Part shown: positions 1 through 12,304 of the stretch, piece after piece
Position numbering within the stretch: the stretch's first letter is position 1
Layout: each line of letters begins with the position of its first letter
From: Pavona decussata
Lineage: Eukaryota
Reading direction: 5' to 3'
Length of the DNA: 64,000 bases
NCBI GenBank assembly: GCA_977016875.1
Contig: CDRNST010000218.1
Span: 1,860,001-1,924,000, forward strand
The notes under the pieces: generated by a model
What the model was told of the DNA's origin: nothing
Seen by the model: only the letters and a program-made list of their open reading frames with translations
The model's database searches: none
Position numbers and translations under genes: made by a program

Positions 1-334
1 ACTTAATAAGGCTTTGTGAATCCGGCTCCAGAAATTTTCACTTCCAAAATGGATTTATGGTTCTTCAAATGTCGGTCGTCATGTTTTGAGATTTTGAAAG
101 TACATGTAATACATGGAAGCTAACTAATAAACATGGTTAAAGGAACCCACCCTGAATGAGTGCTGGTAACTTGAAACAAATAACAAAACACAACAGGGTT
201 AAAATAGTATTTCTGAAAATTTCACCTCTCATCTAAACGTTTAAATATCATTTGGTTTAAAAACGGGACTTTTCGAGGTTAAAATCTTTAAAATGAACTT
301 CCTTTCGAGTAGTTTGATTACTGTTTATTTGAGA

Positions 335-775
335 AGTATCGTATGCACCGTTTAGGCCTCTTTTTTCCTCATTTCTATTTTTGCCTCCTCCTCCCCCTCC
401 TCCTTACTACGACCACCATAATGCTATTGTTTCACGCCGGTGTTTAGGTCCGCGAAATTTAAAAACAGCGGCGTGAAACAATAGTATTGTGATGGTGGTG
501 GTGGGAAATGTGGAGGAGGAGGAGGAGGAGGAGGCAAGGTCAGCAAAAAATAGATAAACCTGTCAAACTAGTTCGTCACCTGTTGGTAAGCTTAAAATAG
601 AACATGACATCATCCTATTATATCAATGTATTCTAACAGCCATTAATGAGAATCCACTGTATCTTATTTATGAGATCAAGACAATAGCCTATGAAGTCAT
701 CGGTGTTAATTTATTCTCCCGAAAAGTAATGAGATTCCACCGCAAAAAAGAGGCCTAAACGTTGCATTCTATACT
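335..775. mobile_element. MITE with ~30-bp TIRs and an internal long hairpin
   Basis: agtatcgtatgcaccgtttaggcctcttttt (335-365) versus aaaaagaggcctaaacgttgcattctatact (745-775). An internal inverted repeat spans about 380-538. Confidence 0.7.
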
Positions 776-872
776 ACTTATTTACCAAGTGTACTCTGCT
801 TGAAAGCTCCGAAAGACTTTTTCATAACAGGAATGACAATGCTTAACTGTCAAATTTGGATGTCCAACTTAC

Positions 873-3800
873 CATAGCAAGATTTTCTAAGGGAGCAGGG
901 TTAATGAGACCTGTAACACCATGGTACACTGTCACACCAGCTCCAAGAAAAAATATCCCCACACCACTGATGAGAGAATATACATAACGAGCTCTTGACC
1001 AGCCATATCTAAAGAGGGTAAGACAGCAATAGACTGTTTTTAGGCATGCACGCTATTTTCGTAACATAGGTCATCTATGGCTACAAAGTTGCAATCGAAA
1101 ATTCCTTATAATGATATTAATTGAAAGACATGTGTTACGACAAACTTATCCTCTCTTCTGAAGACCTCTTAATAACCAGAAGAACTATATTTCACAATTC
1201 ATAATGATACTTACGGGTGATCTGGAGAAGGTTTCTTAATGGAGGTTAAGATACCAACAGCTAACAAGCACTGAAATAGAGTGTTCCAGTTACTAGAGAT
1301 TTACTGCATTTATATAAAATTTTAACGAGTTTTTAATGAATCACTCACCATCACCTCAATCAAGGGAATTATAGACAACATAAATATAATATATAAATTT
1401 TACGGTAAGTGAAATTTCCAAGATGGGAGAAACATCCCAAATGATTACATCAAGGCAATGTTTCAACACATTACAGCTGATGCTATATATTTTGGCGAGG
1501 GTGTAGTCGTACAAGCTTAAGCTGTACTATGATAGACTGTTCTACCACGTTAGAACGCATGGTTTCCAAAGATGGCCAGCATTGATGGAGAGTTAATTAC
1601 TCCGTCATAAAAGCAACTGCATTGGCGCTTGTCAACAGCAATCCGACGACAAATTTTCCAGGATTCGAGCCCACAGTCCCCTGGGTTAAGTCTATTTATA
1701 GGCGCTGCAACTTCTTGCGCCGAGCTGGAACTACCATGTGTCCACCAGGACTGTTCGAGGAGTGCAAGCTTACTTTCCTTGCCGACATCAACAGGGCAAT
1801 CACTCAACATAACATTCCTCCTGAAATTGGTGCTAAATGCTGACCAAACCCCTTGCTCGTACGTCGCGCTGGGAAGAATGACAATGGCTCCACGAAATTC
1901 CTCTGCAGTTCCAATAAAAGGCCTCACTGACAAGAGGAAATATTACTCTTACCCTTGTTATCTCGCTCTCAAGGCAATTTTTTGCCAGTGCAGACCATAT
2001 ATCAAGGGAAAACCATAGTCAGCCAGCCAAGAGGCTTCAAGTTTCCCAAAGGATTTGCAATTTCACAGAAACCAAAACATTACTCAAATGAAGAGGAAAT
2101 GCTAACGCTAATAGATAAAGTAATCAAGCCACAAGTAGACCAAAAACGGAAGGAGCCGAGACTGCAACCAACGCAAAAAGCGTTACCTGTTTGGGACGTG
2201 TTCAGGGGCCAGAAAACTGACAAGGTTTTGTTGAAGTCGGCATCACTGAATATTGAGGTTGTGTCAGTTCCTGCACACATGACACAATTTCTTCCAGCCT
2301 CTGGATCTTACTGTCTATGGAGAGGCTAAGTGGTTCATGAAGGACCAGTTTACTAAATGGTATTCAGCAGGAATCCAAACGCAAATGGAATCAGGAACAA
2401 GTACTGATGACATTGAAGTCGATTTAAGACTGTTTGTCCTGAAGCCCTTGCATGCCAGCTGGATGGTAAGCCTATACAACCGCTTGACTAGCAGTGAGGG
2501 AAAGCGCTACGTTGCCAAAGGATGGGAGAAAGCAGGAGTTGCTGGGGTTAAAGTAAAGCAAAGGGTGAGTAAGTAAAGGGTGAGTCAGCTCTTCCTCTCG
2601 AGGATCCATGTCCTAATCAGTTGTGAGCGCAAATAGACGGTGTCATGTACTCTTGTATAGGTCTGCTTTGTTGCAAAGAAACATGTCAAACTGTTTTCAA
2701 TTTCGTTTTGTTATAATATGGTTTTGTTCAGTGTCAATTGGAAACTATTGTCATGGAAAATTAAAATCAGTTGTGCCAATTCTGAGACTGTTTGTTAATG
2801 CAGATCAGTATTTTGACAATTTTCGCGAAATTTAGTTCCTTTTAATATATACCTTTGGCCAAATCACGAAATTAAAGCGGAGATGCAGTTTTAGCAAAGT
2901 AGATGAAGTGTTAGATGAGCTGTCAGTGCCATATCGCCCAGTTCAGTTGACTGCAGTCATGAAGACAGACCAAAGTATGCTGAAAATTTCAATACCACCC
3001 TCATTTCAGGCAAATATGAATCCAATGTTCATCGATGGACCCTACTGGAGAGTACCTTGAAGGTCTGAACAGTTCATATATTTGTTCATATATTTCTTTA
3101 CGCAACTGCTTAAGTTGCGTCTAGCTTCGAGGATCTTTCTTTTATTCGATCTTTCATCCGCAGTTCAAAATATATGTTTCATATATTTACATTCATTTAT
3201 TCATCCTTGACGGGTATTTTACGAACTCACAATATGACCAGCTCCCAGTTGGCTTAATAGCCCAGTTGGTAGAACACTGCAACGGCATCGAAGACGTCAT
3301 GGGTTCAAATCCCGTTCAAGCCTGAATTTTGTTCAGGCTTTCTTTTCACAACTAATTAAGTTGCGTACAAACTGCGAGGATCTTTCTTCTATTTGATCTC
3401 TTATCTGCAGTTCAAAACATAATTTTATGTTTCATATAACATTCTTTCATATATCTGTGTCACTCAAAAGACGATATCTGATTGTTCAAGCGATCTAGAT
3501 CATTAACTTTGAGAAAAAGCACTCATGGAACACCCATGAAGAAATAAAGAATCTTAATAGTTAGAAAGGAACATTACATTTGCACAGTATATACCTGGTT
3601 TAACATATCAGCCAAAGAGTGAATAGATTCTGATAACATGGTTGCTGATCCAGTGTATAAATATGCACCAAATTTAAACAGCATAACAGCTAAGTTGCTG
3701 AAAGAAAACAAATTACAACAGATAAGTATTTATTAAAAGATGATGCAAAGTAGCGAAACACTCGGTAAGTATCTAAGAAATACACTTAAATTAATACATA

Positions 3801-6800
3801 CACAGATCATTTATAGAGACAATTCAGTGCCTCTTTCAAATACCTTGTTAAACCATATAATATGAAGTCATGCAAAATTGAGGGGTGGGAAACCTATAAT
3901 ATCAACTACTGGAGAATTATTTTGCCAAGGGGTGAAGAGAACATATCAGGTGTGACAGATGCAGTAGCTATCGCCAACAATCTCTACTTCACATGGAGAA
4001 ATGTATCCATGCACCAGGTTCAGATGGGGAGTGAAACTTTACATCAGAATGTCATGTAGCAACGTGGTAGAGGCCACAGGAGTTATGCAATGCAACTGCA
4101 GATGATCGAAACAATGCATCTATGACTACCAATGATCTTAGATATACTGTAATACTTGGAGTACAGGGGCCAGAAGAAAACTACCTTCTCTTGATGCGCA
4201 GAAGCTAGAGGAAGGAAGATCATTATGGACATTGTATCCCTGCATCGGTTATTGACTCCATCACCAGGCAGGTGCTGAAATTGCCCTCTAGGAACATGTA
4301 ATCAGATCCGAAGGAGCATTTTGAAGGAGAGATTTCTTAAACAGAAATAGTCCCATGTATCTCACACTTCTGAGACATTTAAGCACAAATTCCTTGATCA
4401 ACACCAAAACAAGATTCCATATCCTGTTCGGTAGAGGTACACCTCTGTTGGATTGTTTCCAACCAAGTGTATCTGGATCAAGTAAGTAGACAAGTGCATA
4501 ACTGTTTTCATCATATAATTGTTGTCTGGGCCAAAGAGTCTTGACCAAGCTAAAAAACTTGCATCCAGACCGAGTGAGTTGTTCAGCTACAAGATCATGT
4601 AATGTGTACAAGCCACTTGTGAATCAAAGAGAGATCCATCATGTGCACCAAAGAGCAGGGGAACACCTATCAAAGAAAGAGTGAAGTTAATGAGTTTTAA
4701 GCATGCTGTGGGAAGATCATTTGTCTCTAGACTTCATGCAACTTAAGCATTTCCAGGCTGAATGGGGTTGTGTGATCATACAAGAGAAAACAGCAAATGG
4801 AGAAAGACTCCTGAGAGTTTCTGAGAAAAATCAGCGTCTGCATCCTTGATTTTTCCTTCCGGCTGGAAAGCACGACCTCAAAGACCTACAAAAGGAAGGA
4901 AATTCTGCCTCTACTCCTGTTCAAGTATGGCATCTCCCACATTTAGGCGATTTATCACCCAAGGAAATGAGGTCAGATTTGGACAGTCTTAGATTCATCA
5001 GCTACGTTGTTGGTCACCTCTCAACATGAATAGTGTTTTTGGCGTCCTGTTTCAAAGAAATGACGGTAATGGCTGACATTGAGCAAATCTTCCACCTCTT
5101 CCGTATGGTTTCCAAACACCATGGTTTCCTGCTTATTCTTCGTTTTGAAGGTAATGAACCAGAAAAGACGATTGTGGAGTTTGCGGGACCACTTATCCTG
5201 TTCAATTAGGATCCCGGTCCAGCAATGGCTTGTTTCTCTTGTAGAATGATGGCACAGAAACATTTGGCAAAGCCATCAGAGAGATAGTTTGGACAGGTAT
5301 CAAGATGTTTCTTTCAATGAGAATGGCCCTGGAATCTGAAAACAGGTGAATGTGTGTACTTGTCCAGTAAGGTGCGAGCCTCCTAGATCTGCAGGATTAG
5401 CTAATTTATTTGGTCATCCCTTTGTACAAATTTTGCTAGTTGTCAGGGACCTGCAAAAGAATTCAAGGACCTGAAGAAGTTGCCAGCAGGATTTCTAAAC
5501 ACAGCTGTTGACTAAACACTGCCTTCGATTCACGCCTTTCTTCAGGTCAATCAAACTCAGATGGTCGCTATCAAGGTGGCTACCCAAGAAGAACGCATTC
5601 CAGGCAAATGAAGAGCCTTAAAACCTGCCTGACAACTGTCAACGAGAAAGGAGCAAAAGATACTGGAATTGTGTGAGCTGTATAGCTTGGACCCCTTCAT
5701 TAATAACAACCGTGAGCTCCAAGTTGGAAATCAACTTTTTTTGCCTCTCAAACCTCAGTGGTGACGAAAAGTACCAGGCGTTATTATCCAAGGTACAAGA
5801 TTTCTGTATCTGGTGATGGGACCCTACATTAAGAAACTGTATCACTAAAGCCTTGGTGACCAGAGGTGATGGTACGGTGATACTACACCAATACATATCG
5901 GTACTCTCCATGAACCAACATTTACGGATACCCTTAGACATCAATGCATCTCCACCTTGGCCACTTCCCAAGAGTGCTAAAAAAGCTGACCAAAAATGTG
6001 GGAACCAATGTGGAAAATCCTTCATTTTTGTGCCTTCATAAAAAGCTTGCCATTTGTCTCATACTCAGTCTTATGGCAACTCAAGTAAGAAACCGAGACA
6101 GCAGCAAGTCAAGAGTCTGTCTGGTAAACTATATGTGTATTTGAATTTGAATGGTTTTGATCAAGAGAAAGGCATGCATAGTTCTTAGAGTGTACATACT
6201 TTTAAATCCACTCTTCTGCTTACACCTTCAAATGCTACAATTTTATATTTTTATGCTACTTGGTAGTCTTTGTATCCAGAACCTTCAGACATAGAGAAGT
6301 CAAATTCTTAAGATGTAGGTGTTGAAAGAAGTTTTTATTTTCATTATACATTATTTTGATCATACATTCACTGAAGGATATAAGCTGGTGACGGCAGTAG
6401 AAAAGAACAACTCAGATCAACACTGTGCATCAACAAAGTGGTATCTGACAGTAAAAGCATTTCTAAAAATGGAAGTTACACAGATACCTGCAAATTGCAT
6501 AGGTTACAACTTTGGCAGAGCCTTTTAGCATCATATTTCTTTGTGTCCTTTCACCAAATTGCTAAAAATGGCAAACATATTATTTTAAAATGTTATATAT
6601 ACATATATCACAATACGACCCTGCACTCATACATGTAAGAGAGATTATTGCGTATTAATCTATAAATATTCTATTGTAACCAACAGGAGCGTTTCTTTTG
6701 CAATGAATACTGTACAGTAAATTTGTTGATTTTCAGTCAGAGTAAATTGAGTGGTACACTGCATTTCATACATGATTTCTACCATTGAAGTTGAGGTTTC

Positions 6801-9800
6801 ATATGCTTTTCCCCTCAGCCTAAGGTCAGATTTCTTAATATCGTAACATTAAGGTACTGCTTTACTGCACTATACAAATCTTCTTGAACAGTTTGTACTG
6901 AAAATGAATATTTCAAACAGGGATCCAGGATTTTGCAACAAAACATAAGACATTTTTGATAACAGAACAAGAAAAATCAAAACTGATGACATGTGTGGCA
7001 AAGTTTCTATAACTCATTGTGAAAATGTTTTTTGTGCAAACCATTCTTTTATTACAAATGCTACTATAAAAAGCTGTGATGTAGAGAAAAAAGCTTTTTC
7101 TCAGTGACTTTATCATGTCAGAAACTGGTATCAGATAGAAAAATGCAGTTATTACCTGGGTACACTTGGATCCCTTGGCAACAAATCAGTCAAGTGTAAT
7201 TAAATATACATAACTAGTTAGTATAGAGAGAGCTAGTGTTAACAGTGTACCTGGTTTTCCTCTTTCTTCTTTGAATGATCCCTTATTGTCTTCTTTAAAT
7301 GTCCTATAAGTGCTCCTAACCCTAACAGTGAATAAATTCAGATCTTCTGTGACGACAAAAGGGATGATGGTACAATATATTTTTGTAAATATGAACCAAA
7401 AACATATAATAAACAAATTCTTTTCAGCTAGCCTGGGGCATCAAGACTGACAAATATGGTCAAATGTGTCATGTAATTAACATGAATGTTGCAAGTATTT
7501 GACAAGAAAATTACTAAATGTGTTGTTGCCCCCACAGAAGATTTTAGATCTGAACCCTCAATTATTCTTTAAAATTACTTTAGAGTGGTAGTTATTTTAA
7601 AAACAATAAAGTAACGTTTGGTTTTATCAACATTGTTTTAACAACATAATTTACTCTGATGAAACAGCATTCAAATCTTTTTGTGGTGGCCATTAGTTAT
7701 CTTCAGTTATATATTACCTATGTTGATACAACCAAGCATTCTTTTTCCAATCCACACCGACACAGCACCATAGTTTCTTTAGAACCTAAAACTCTCATCC
7801 ATTTGTAAAATAGTAAAGCTTACCTTTTCTATAGCGTTCACTTTCCTCATACGCCTTTTTTCTGTCCCAGATCTCTCTTGCAAGACCTTCAGGTCCTCCC
7901 CAAATTTCATAAGACCTTTTGGTAGAAATGTTTAAATTCAGAATTTGTAATTTATTGCTAATTGCTGCAGCTGCTGTAAAGCTACATGTACACAGTACTA
8001 TTTGTACAGGCATAATATGTACTCCACAGCAAAAACGGCCAATGGATAATTACTGAGTTACAAATATTATTAATAATAATATGATAAAGTATTAACCATG
8101 ATATGCCTTGCTTTCTTAATATGTAAGTTATGCACTGGAGAATTTCCAAAAAGAAGTAACTAAAGACAAAATAGTTGTTGAGACATGGGAGGGACATGGA
8201 TATTTTCTCAAAAAAAAACTTTTTGTCTGGGACATTACAAAAAATTAACTTCAATAAGCAATTTTTTTGGTATTAAGTCTCTATTTTGTTAACTTTTCTG
8301 CAAAAAAAAAAAAAAAAAAAAATACTGAACATCACGTCAAGACAAGCAGAATTAATGTTTGAATCATTTCAAGTAAACATCACAGTACTACAGTGGTAAT
8401 CCTTTACCTTAGATGCTGAAGAACAAGTTAAATAATTAGTTTTGTATTGGGCTAAGTTGCAAAGCAACAAAGCCTCCAGTTAGCCATCAACACAGTGCAG
8501 GATTGACCTGCTTGCACAACCAGCAGAATTAACCACACAGCTATCAAAACAAAATTGACCAATAGAGCTTACAATACAATCAAACTAACAATGGCAATGA
8601 GTAGTCTCCATGCAGCCTTTCTTAGTGTCGCCACGCAATAGTCAGTGGGGAGAAGCACTGCATGATGACACTAAGAACGGCTGTGTAGGAGATTATGCAA
8701 CGAGTTAATGAATAATTTTGTATTTTTAGACAACAACGAGGACATCAAGTGACACTTCACTTAAAAACACATGATCAAACTTTAATTTTAAAAGCTTCTA
8801 ATTACTTCTTGAGTAAACATGTTATACTAACACAGCACCTTTTCTCTACATCTGATTTCAGATAACAAACATCTGGAGGTTGCTCTGGATCACTGTAGGC
8901 ACTACGAACTGCTGTAGTCTTCAGACCTTCTAAATCACTGAAATTTGATCAATAACTTTTGTTATACAAAAACTTAATTTGGCCTCAGTGAAAAAATTAT
9001 AAATTTTGTGAGACATATTTAAATAAAAAGATTACAAAGTTACTGACAACTGGTGAAACCTTTACTTTTTTTTAATTTTATTGCCTTACAGAACACAGAA
9101 CAACTGCTGAAATCTACTGCATTATTTATCAAAATAATGGAATTTGTTCCTGTTCAAGGATGTAGTGGATTGTTTTAAAAAAATTTGATGTGCTACCTGA
9201 TAAATTAATGTACTACAGCAGTGTGTTCATATGATTATTTAACTATTTAGATTTATAGGGGAGGAGTGAAGCACAACCTGAAGGGTTGGATCAAGGACTG
9301 CCAAGCTCTACAGAAATCTTACTCTCAACAGATTAAGAGACGGAGCAATAGTCACAAGACTACCTCACTGTAGCAAGTACAACGAGCAACAGTCAGACTT
9401 TCACCGACCTAAATGGTGACCTCATTCACTCAAAGCTTTATTGCACTCCTATAATCCTCAATTACTGCCAGTTCACACAATAAAATGAAAATGCAGCCCT
9501 CAGCTTCGTATTTGTGTTTTGGCAAGCATGTGCAAGCCTTGAAATGCTTAACTGAATTACCAGCCTTTGTTTTACTGAGCACATTGGGCAAACAAAGTGG
9601 AGTAAATCACTTGGGGGATCATTCACTGAGATTACAAAAAAGTGATAGGCTAATGCGTGAATTTCAGCCAACCATACTTACATCCTTTATTGAACTGCAG
9701 ATGAAATAAATATGAATAAATGAGGGAATAAATGTACGTACATGACTGGGATGGTCTCCTTTTTATCCATTCTTTCATCCACAGTTTAAATATATGTATT

Positions 9801-12263
9801 TCATATATTTTACTTCCAAAAAAAGTTAATATTATCTAAAATTTACTAGTTCCTTGTTATAGTTGGTTAAGGCAACCTGCATTAAAATAAAATTTGCTTA
9901 CACATTATTTGTTTTATTTTGTTTCAACACTGCTCTGAAACTTACTAGCTTTCCTCAAGATAAAAAAAATGTATTATTTTATTATGGAGATATCAATAGT
10001 TCTTAACATGTAATAATCAATCTGCGTGCCAATCTTGAACTCATTTGTAGCAATTTGGATTTCCCGGCCAAATTTCCTCTTAGCATGGTATGCTCTTCAT
10101 TTATTTAATGTATTTATTTATTTTGTACAATTAACATTTGTGTATTTATGTATTACATACCTTGGTTTAAGGAGGTAGTCACTCATGGCACGTGTTGCAG
10201 AAAGGAAGGTGTTTTGGTAATATTTTCTATTATAATTGACATCCCCTGATGGTAGCTTAAAAAGCCTCTTTGATCGTTCACCTAAATGACATACAAGCAT
10301 AGTTACCAACAGTTGACAGGTTGAGAGCATTAACCACCTTGAGTCAAAGTTCAGGTTGTGTTTTTGCTCAGATCTGCTTAGATATTTTTTCAATGTGTTA
10401 CCCTCATTTCGATAGGACACAGAAAATTCATGGATAAGGGCAATTTTCCCTTCAGAGCATGCACTCTGTTGTTACCCTTCATTTTTGCTGTTTCAAAGCA
10501 ATCCATCTTTTCCAATAATTTTTTTTATTGCAAATGATGGTCGAAATGGAAACAAAAAAATAGGAGCACTTCTTTAGGAAAGAAGTGTTGGCCACAGGCA
10601 AAAAGTGAGGCAAATATGAATAAAATGAAACATAATAATTGGATATAAGATGGTTATATGCTGTCAGCTCTTCAATTTAGCTAGAGAGTGGAACAAGGGT
10701 GTAACATGTCGTACTTTAAATGTTACTTACCTTTGTTAGTAGTCTTCTTATTGACTGATTTGGCTTGGGTTGTACCATCTTCTGATCCTCCATTGACTAC
10801 AGTATGGTTTGAACAACTTCTTAATATATTTTTAGACCCTTGACAGAAAAAAAGATTTTATGAATATAAATTAACCAAAGGAAGATGATGTATGGTTTCA
10901 TCTAATCTGTCTGCCTGTCTGTCTACTGAATGGCAGCAGATTTTAGTGAATACAGTGAACTCTCTCATAGCGACCACTTCTCCTAAGCGACCACCTTCCG
11001 TAAGCGTCCGCCTCGCAAACAACCGTTTTGTTTCTCAGTTAAATACTGTTTTAAGAGCTCTCTCGTAAGCGACCACCACTCAAATTTCTTAAGGGACCAC
11101 GACCACTTTTTAGGCCAGAAATTACACATATTCTTTCGTTTTCCGTTTCCGGTAAGCGACCACCCAACAAAATCACGTATGATCGCTTGTAAATCATTAC
11201 TCAGAAGTGACAAAAGTTCAATTTTGATGACGCTTCCCCGGACTGTTGACAGATAACGACAGTTTACAGACAGAGAAGATGGCTATAATTAGATCTTTAG
11301 GTAAACCGGAATTGTTACAGTGATCTGTTCCAAAATGAACCATGAACCATGTTATACAAAGTTTCATCAGAAGAATGAAGTGATGTGAAATAAATCAAAT
11401 AAATTAGTTTCTATTTGCCATATTTTAGCTGCTAAGATGATATTTTTATGTAATTAATTAATCAATCCAGTATTAAGGTTAGTTTGTTGATCTTTCCCGT
11501 AAGCGACCACCTCCCGTAAGCGACCACTTTGTCGTGCACCAAGAGTGATCGCTTACGAGAGAGTTGACTGCAGTTCTAACTTTTCTGAAATTTGTGACTG
11601 TTCAGATTGTTTTTTCACAAATCTACATCTACATTTAATTGAGTCTGTAAAGTCGTGAGACTTTCACAAAATCATGAAACTTTACTTAAGACAGGTCTTA
11701 ATGCTTCATCCAAGAGCAAATTAATAAAGATAGACAAACCTCTACAACATTCAGGGCTGTCATTAGGTAGATGGTAGCTGACAACTCCAGCAAGACAGCT
11801 GGGACTATGACAGTCGGGGAGACCTTTTAGTTTATGGCTGGCTACGTTCCTTATGGGGCCAGCTTTTCCAGAACTTATTTTGATTTATTTAAGCTTATCA
11901 TTTATTTTATCACAAAACAAAAGGTTTCATAAAAGGGCTTAAAAAAAAAGTGGCAAGGAAGCCTAAGAAACAAAAGTCACACATGTACTGATTAAAATCA
12001 TCGCTGCTTTGCAGTTCAGTAAGCTTAACTATTTTGTGATTATTTAAGTCAACATGGATTTCAGAAGAAAAAAATTGAGCATAAAACTTTGCTCGCTCTG
12101 ACAGTCATACAATAATAACAATAGCAAATCAGTCCCGCAGTACCATACCTTTACAAAATTCATGGTGAAGTCCACCTTTTTTCCATGAAGAAAAACCTTT
12201 CAATTGTTGAATGAGACTAATGCTCGCATTTCGTGGTGAATGTTTCCAAACAGTTGCCCACAT
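873..12263 (-). CDS. SLC30A9: Zinc transporter 9 (ZnT9, CDF family), 5' part; the gene continues beyond the left edge
   Basis: Phase-consistent GT-AG exons: 12149-12263, 10731-10838, 10161-10245, 8839-8937, 7824-7915, 7251-7321, 6488-6561, 3595-3697, 1215-1270, 873-1008. The translation includes ZnT9-typical segments RKYYQNTFLSATRAMSDYLLKPSDLE, YLKSDVEKRSYEIWGGPEGLARE, KVVTYAICSNLAVMLFKFGAYLYTGSATMLSESIHSLADMLNQ (TM2 HxxxD) and PSPDHPYGWSRARYVYSLISGVGIFFLGAG. The start codon choice is less certain (see uORF finding). Confidence 0.93.
1549..2580 (+). pseudogene. Degraded pogo/Tigger-like DDE transposase inside an SLC30A9 intron
   Basis: Frameshifted ORFs 1629-2018, 1955-2329 and 2337-2576 give NADQTP, GLTDKR, FLPVQTIYQGKT, FPKGF...HYSNEE, WDVFRGQ, VPAHMT and LKPLHASW. 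These segments are typical of pogo-type (DDE_1) transposases. Confidence 0.8.
3090..3440 (+). repeat. tRNA-derived (SINE-like) repeat unit
   Basis: A-box-like TAGCCCAGTTGG and B-box-like GGTTCAAATCC, flanked by duplicated 'gcgaggatctttcttctatt...gcagttcaaaa'. A reverse-complement copy lies at 48335-48765. Confidence 0.75.
3900..5600. mobile_element. Decayed, rearranged Bel/Pao LTR-retrotransposon pol fragments
   Basis: From 5066 on + : VMADIEQIFHLF...GNEPEKTIVEF (Pao RT 'ADIExMF' region). On - near 5385-5400: NPADLG (Pao RNase H end). Many stops and frameshifts; boundaries are approximate. Confidence 0.6.
10953..11570. mobile_element. Tc1/mariner-type MITE (CAGT termini, internal 'taagcgaccac' repeats)
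   Basis: TA-cagtgaactctctc...gagagagttgactg, with multiple gtaagcgaccac subterminal repeats. Confidence 0.75.
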
Positions 12264-12265
12264 TT

Positions 12266-12304
12266 TCAAACATCTTCCAATTCAGAGGAAAAGTTGTCGG
12301 CCAT
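12266..12304 (-). other. Upstream ORF (MADNFSSELEDV*) immediately before the SLC30A9 ATG
   Basis: ATG at 12304 lies in the YY1/Kozak-like context CAAAATGGCCG. TGA is at 12268-12266 and the main ATG at 12263. Confidence 0.55.

Noticed and set aside
3250-3325. tRNA-like sequences (also 47980-48050, 48445-48520, 39815-39880)
   Set aside because: The acceptor and anticodon arms are broken and the sequences are embedded in repeats, so they are SINE-like rather than functional tRNA genes.
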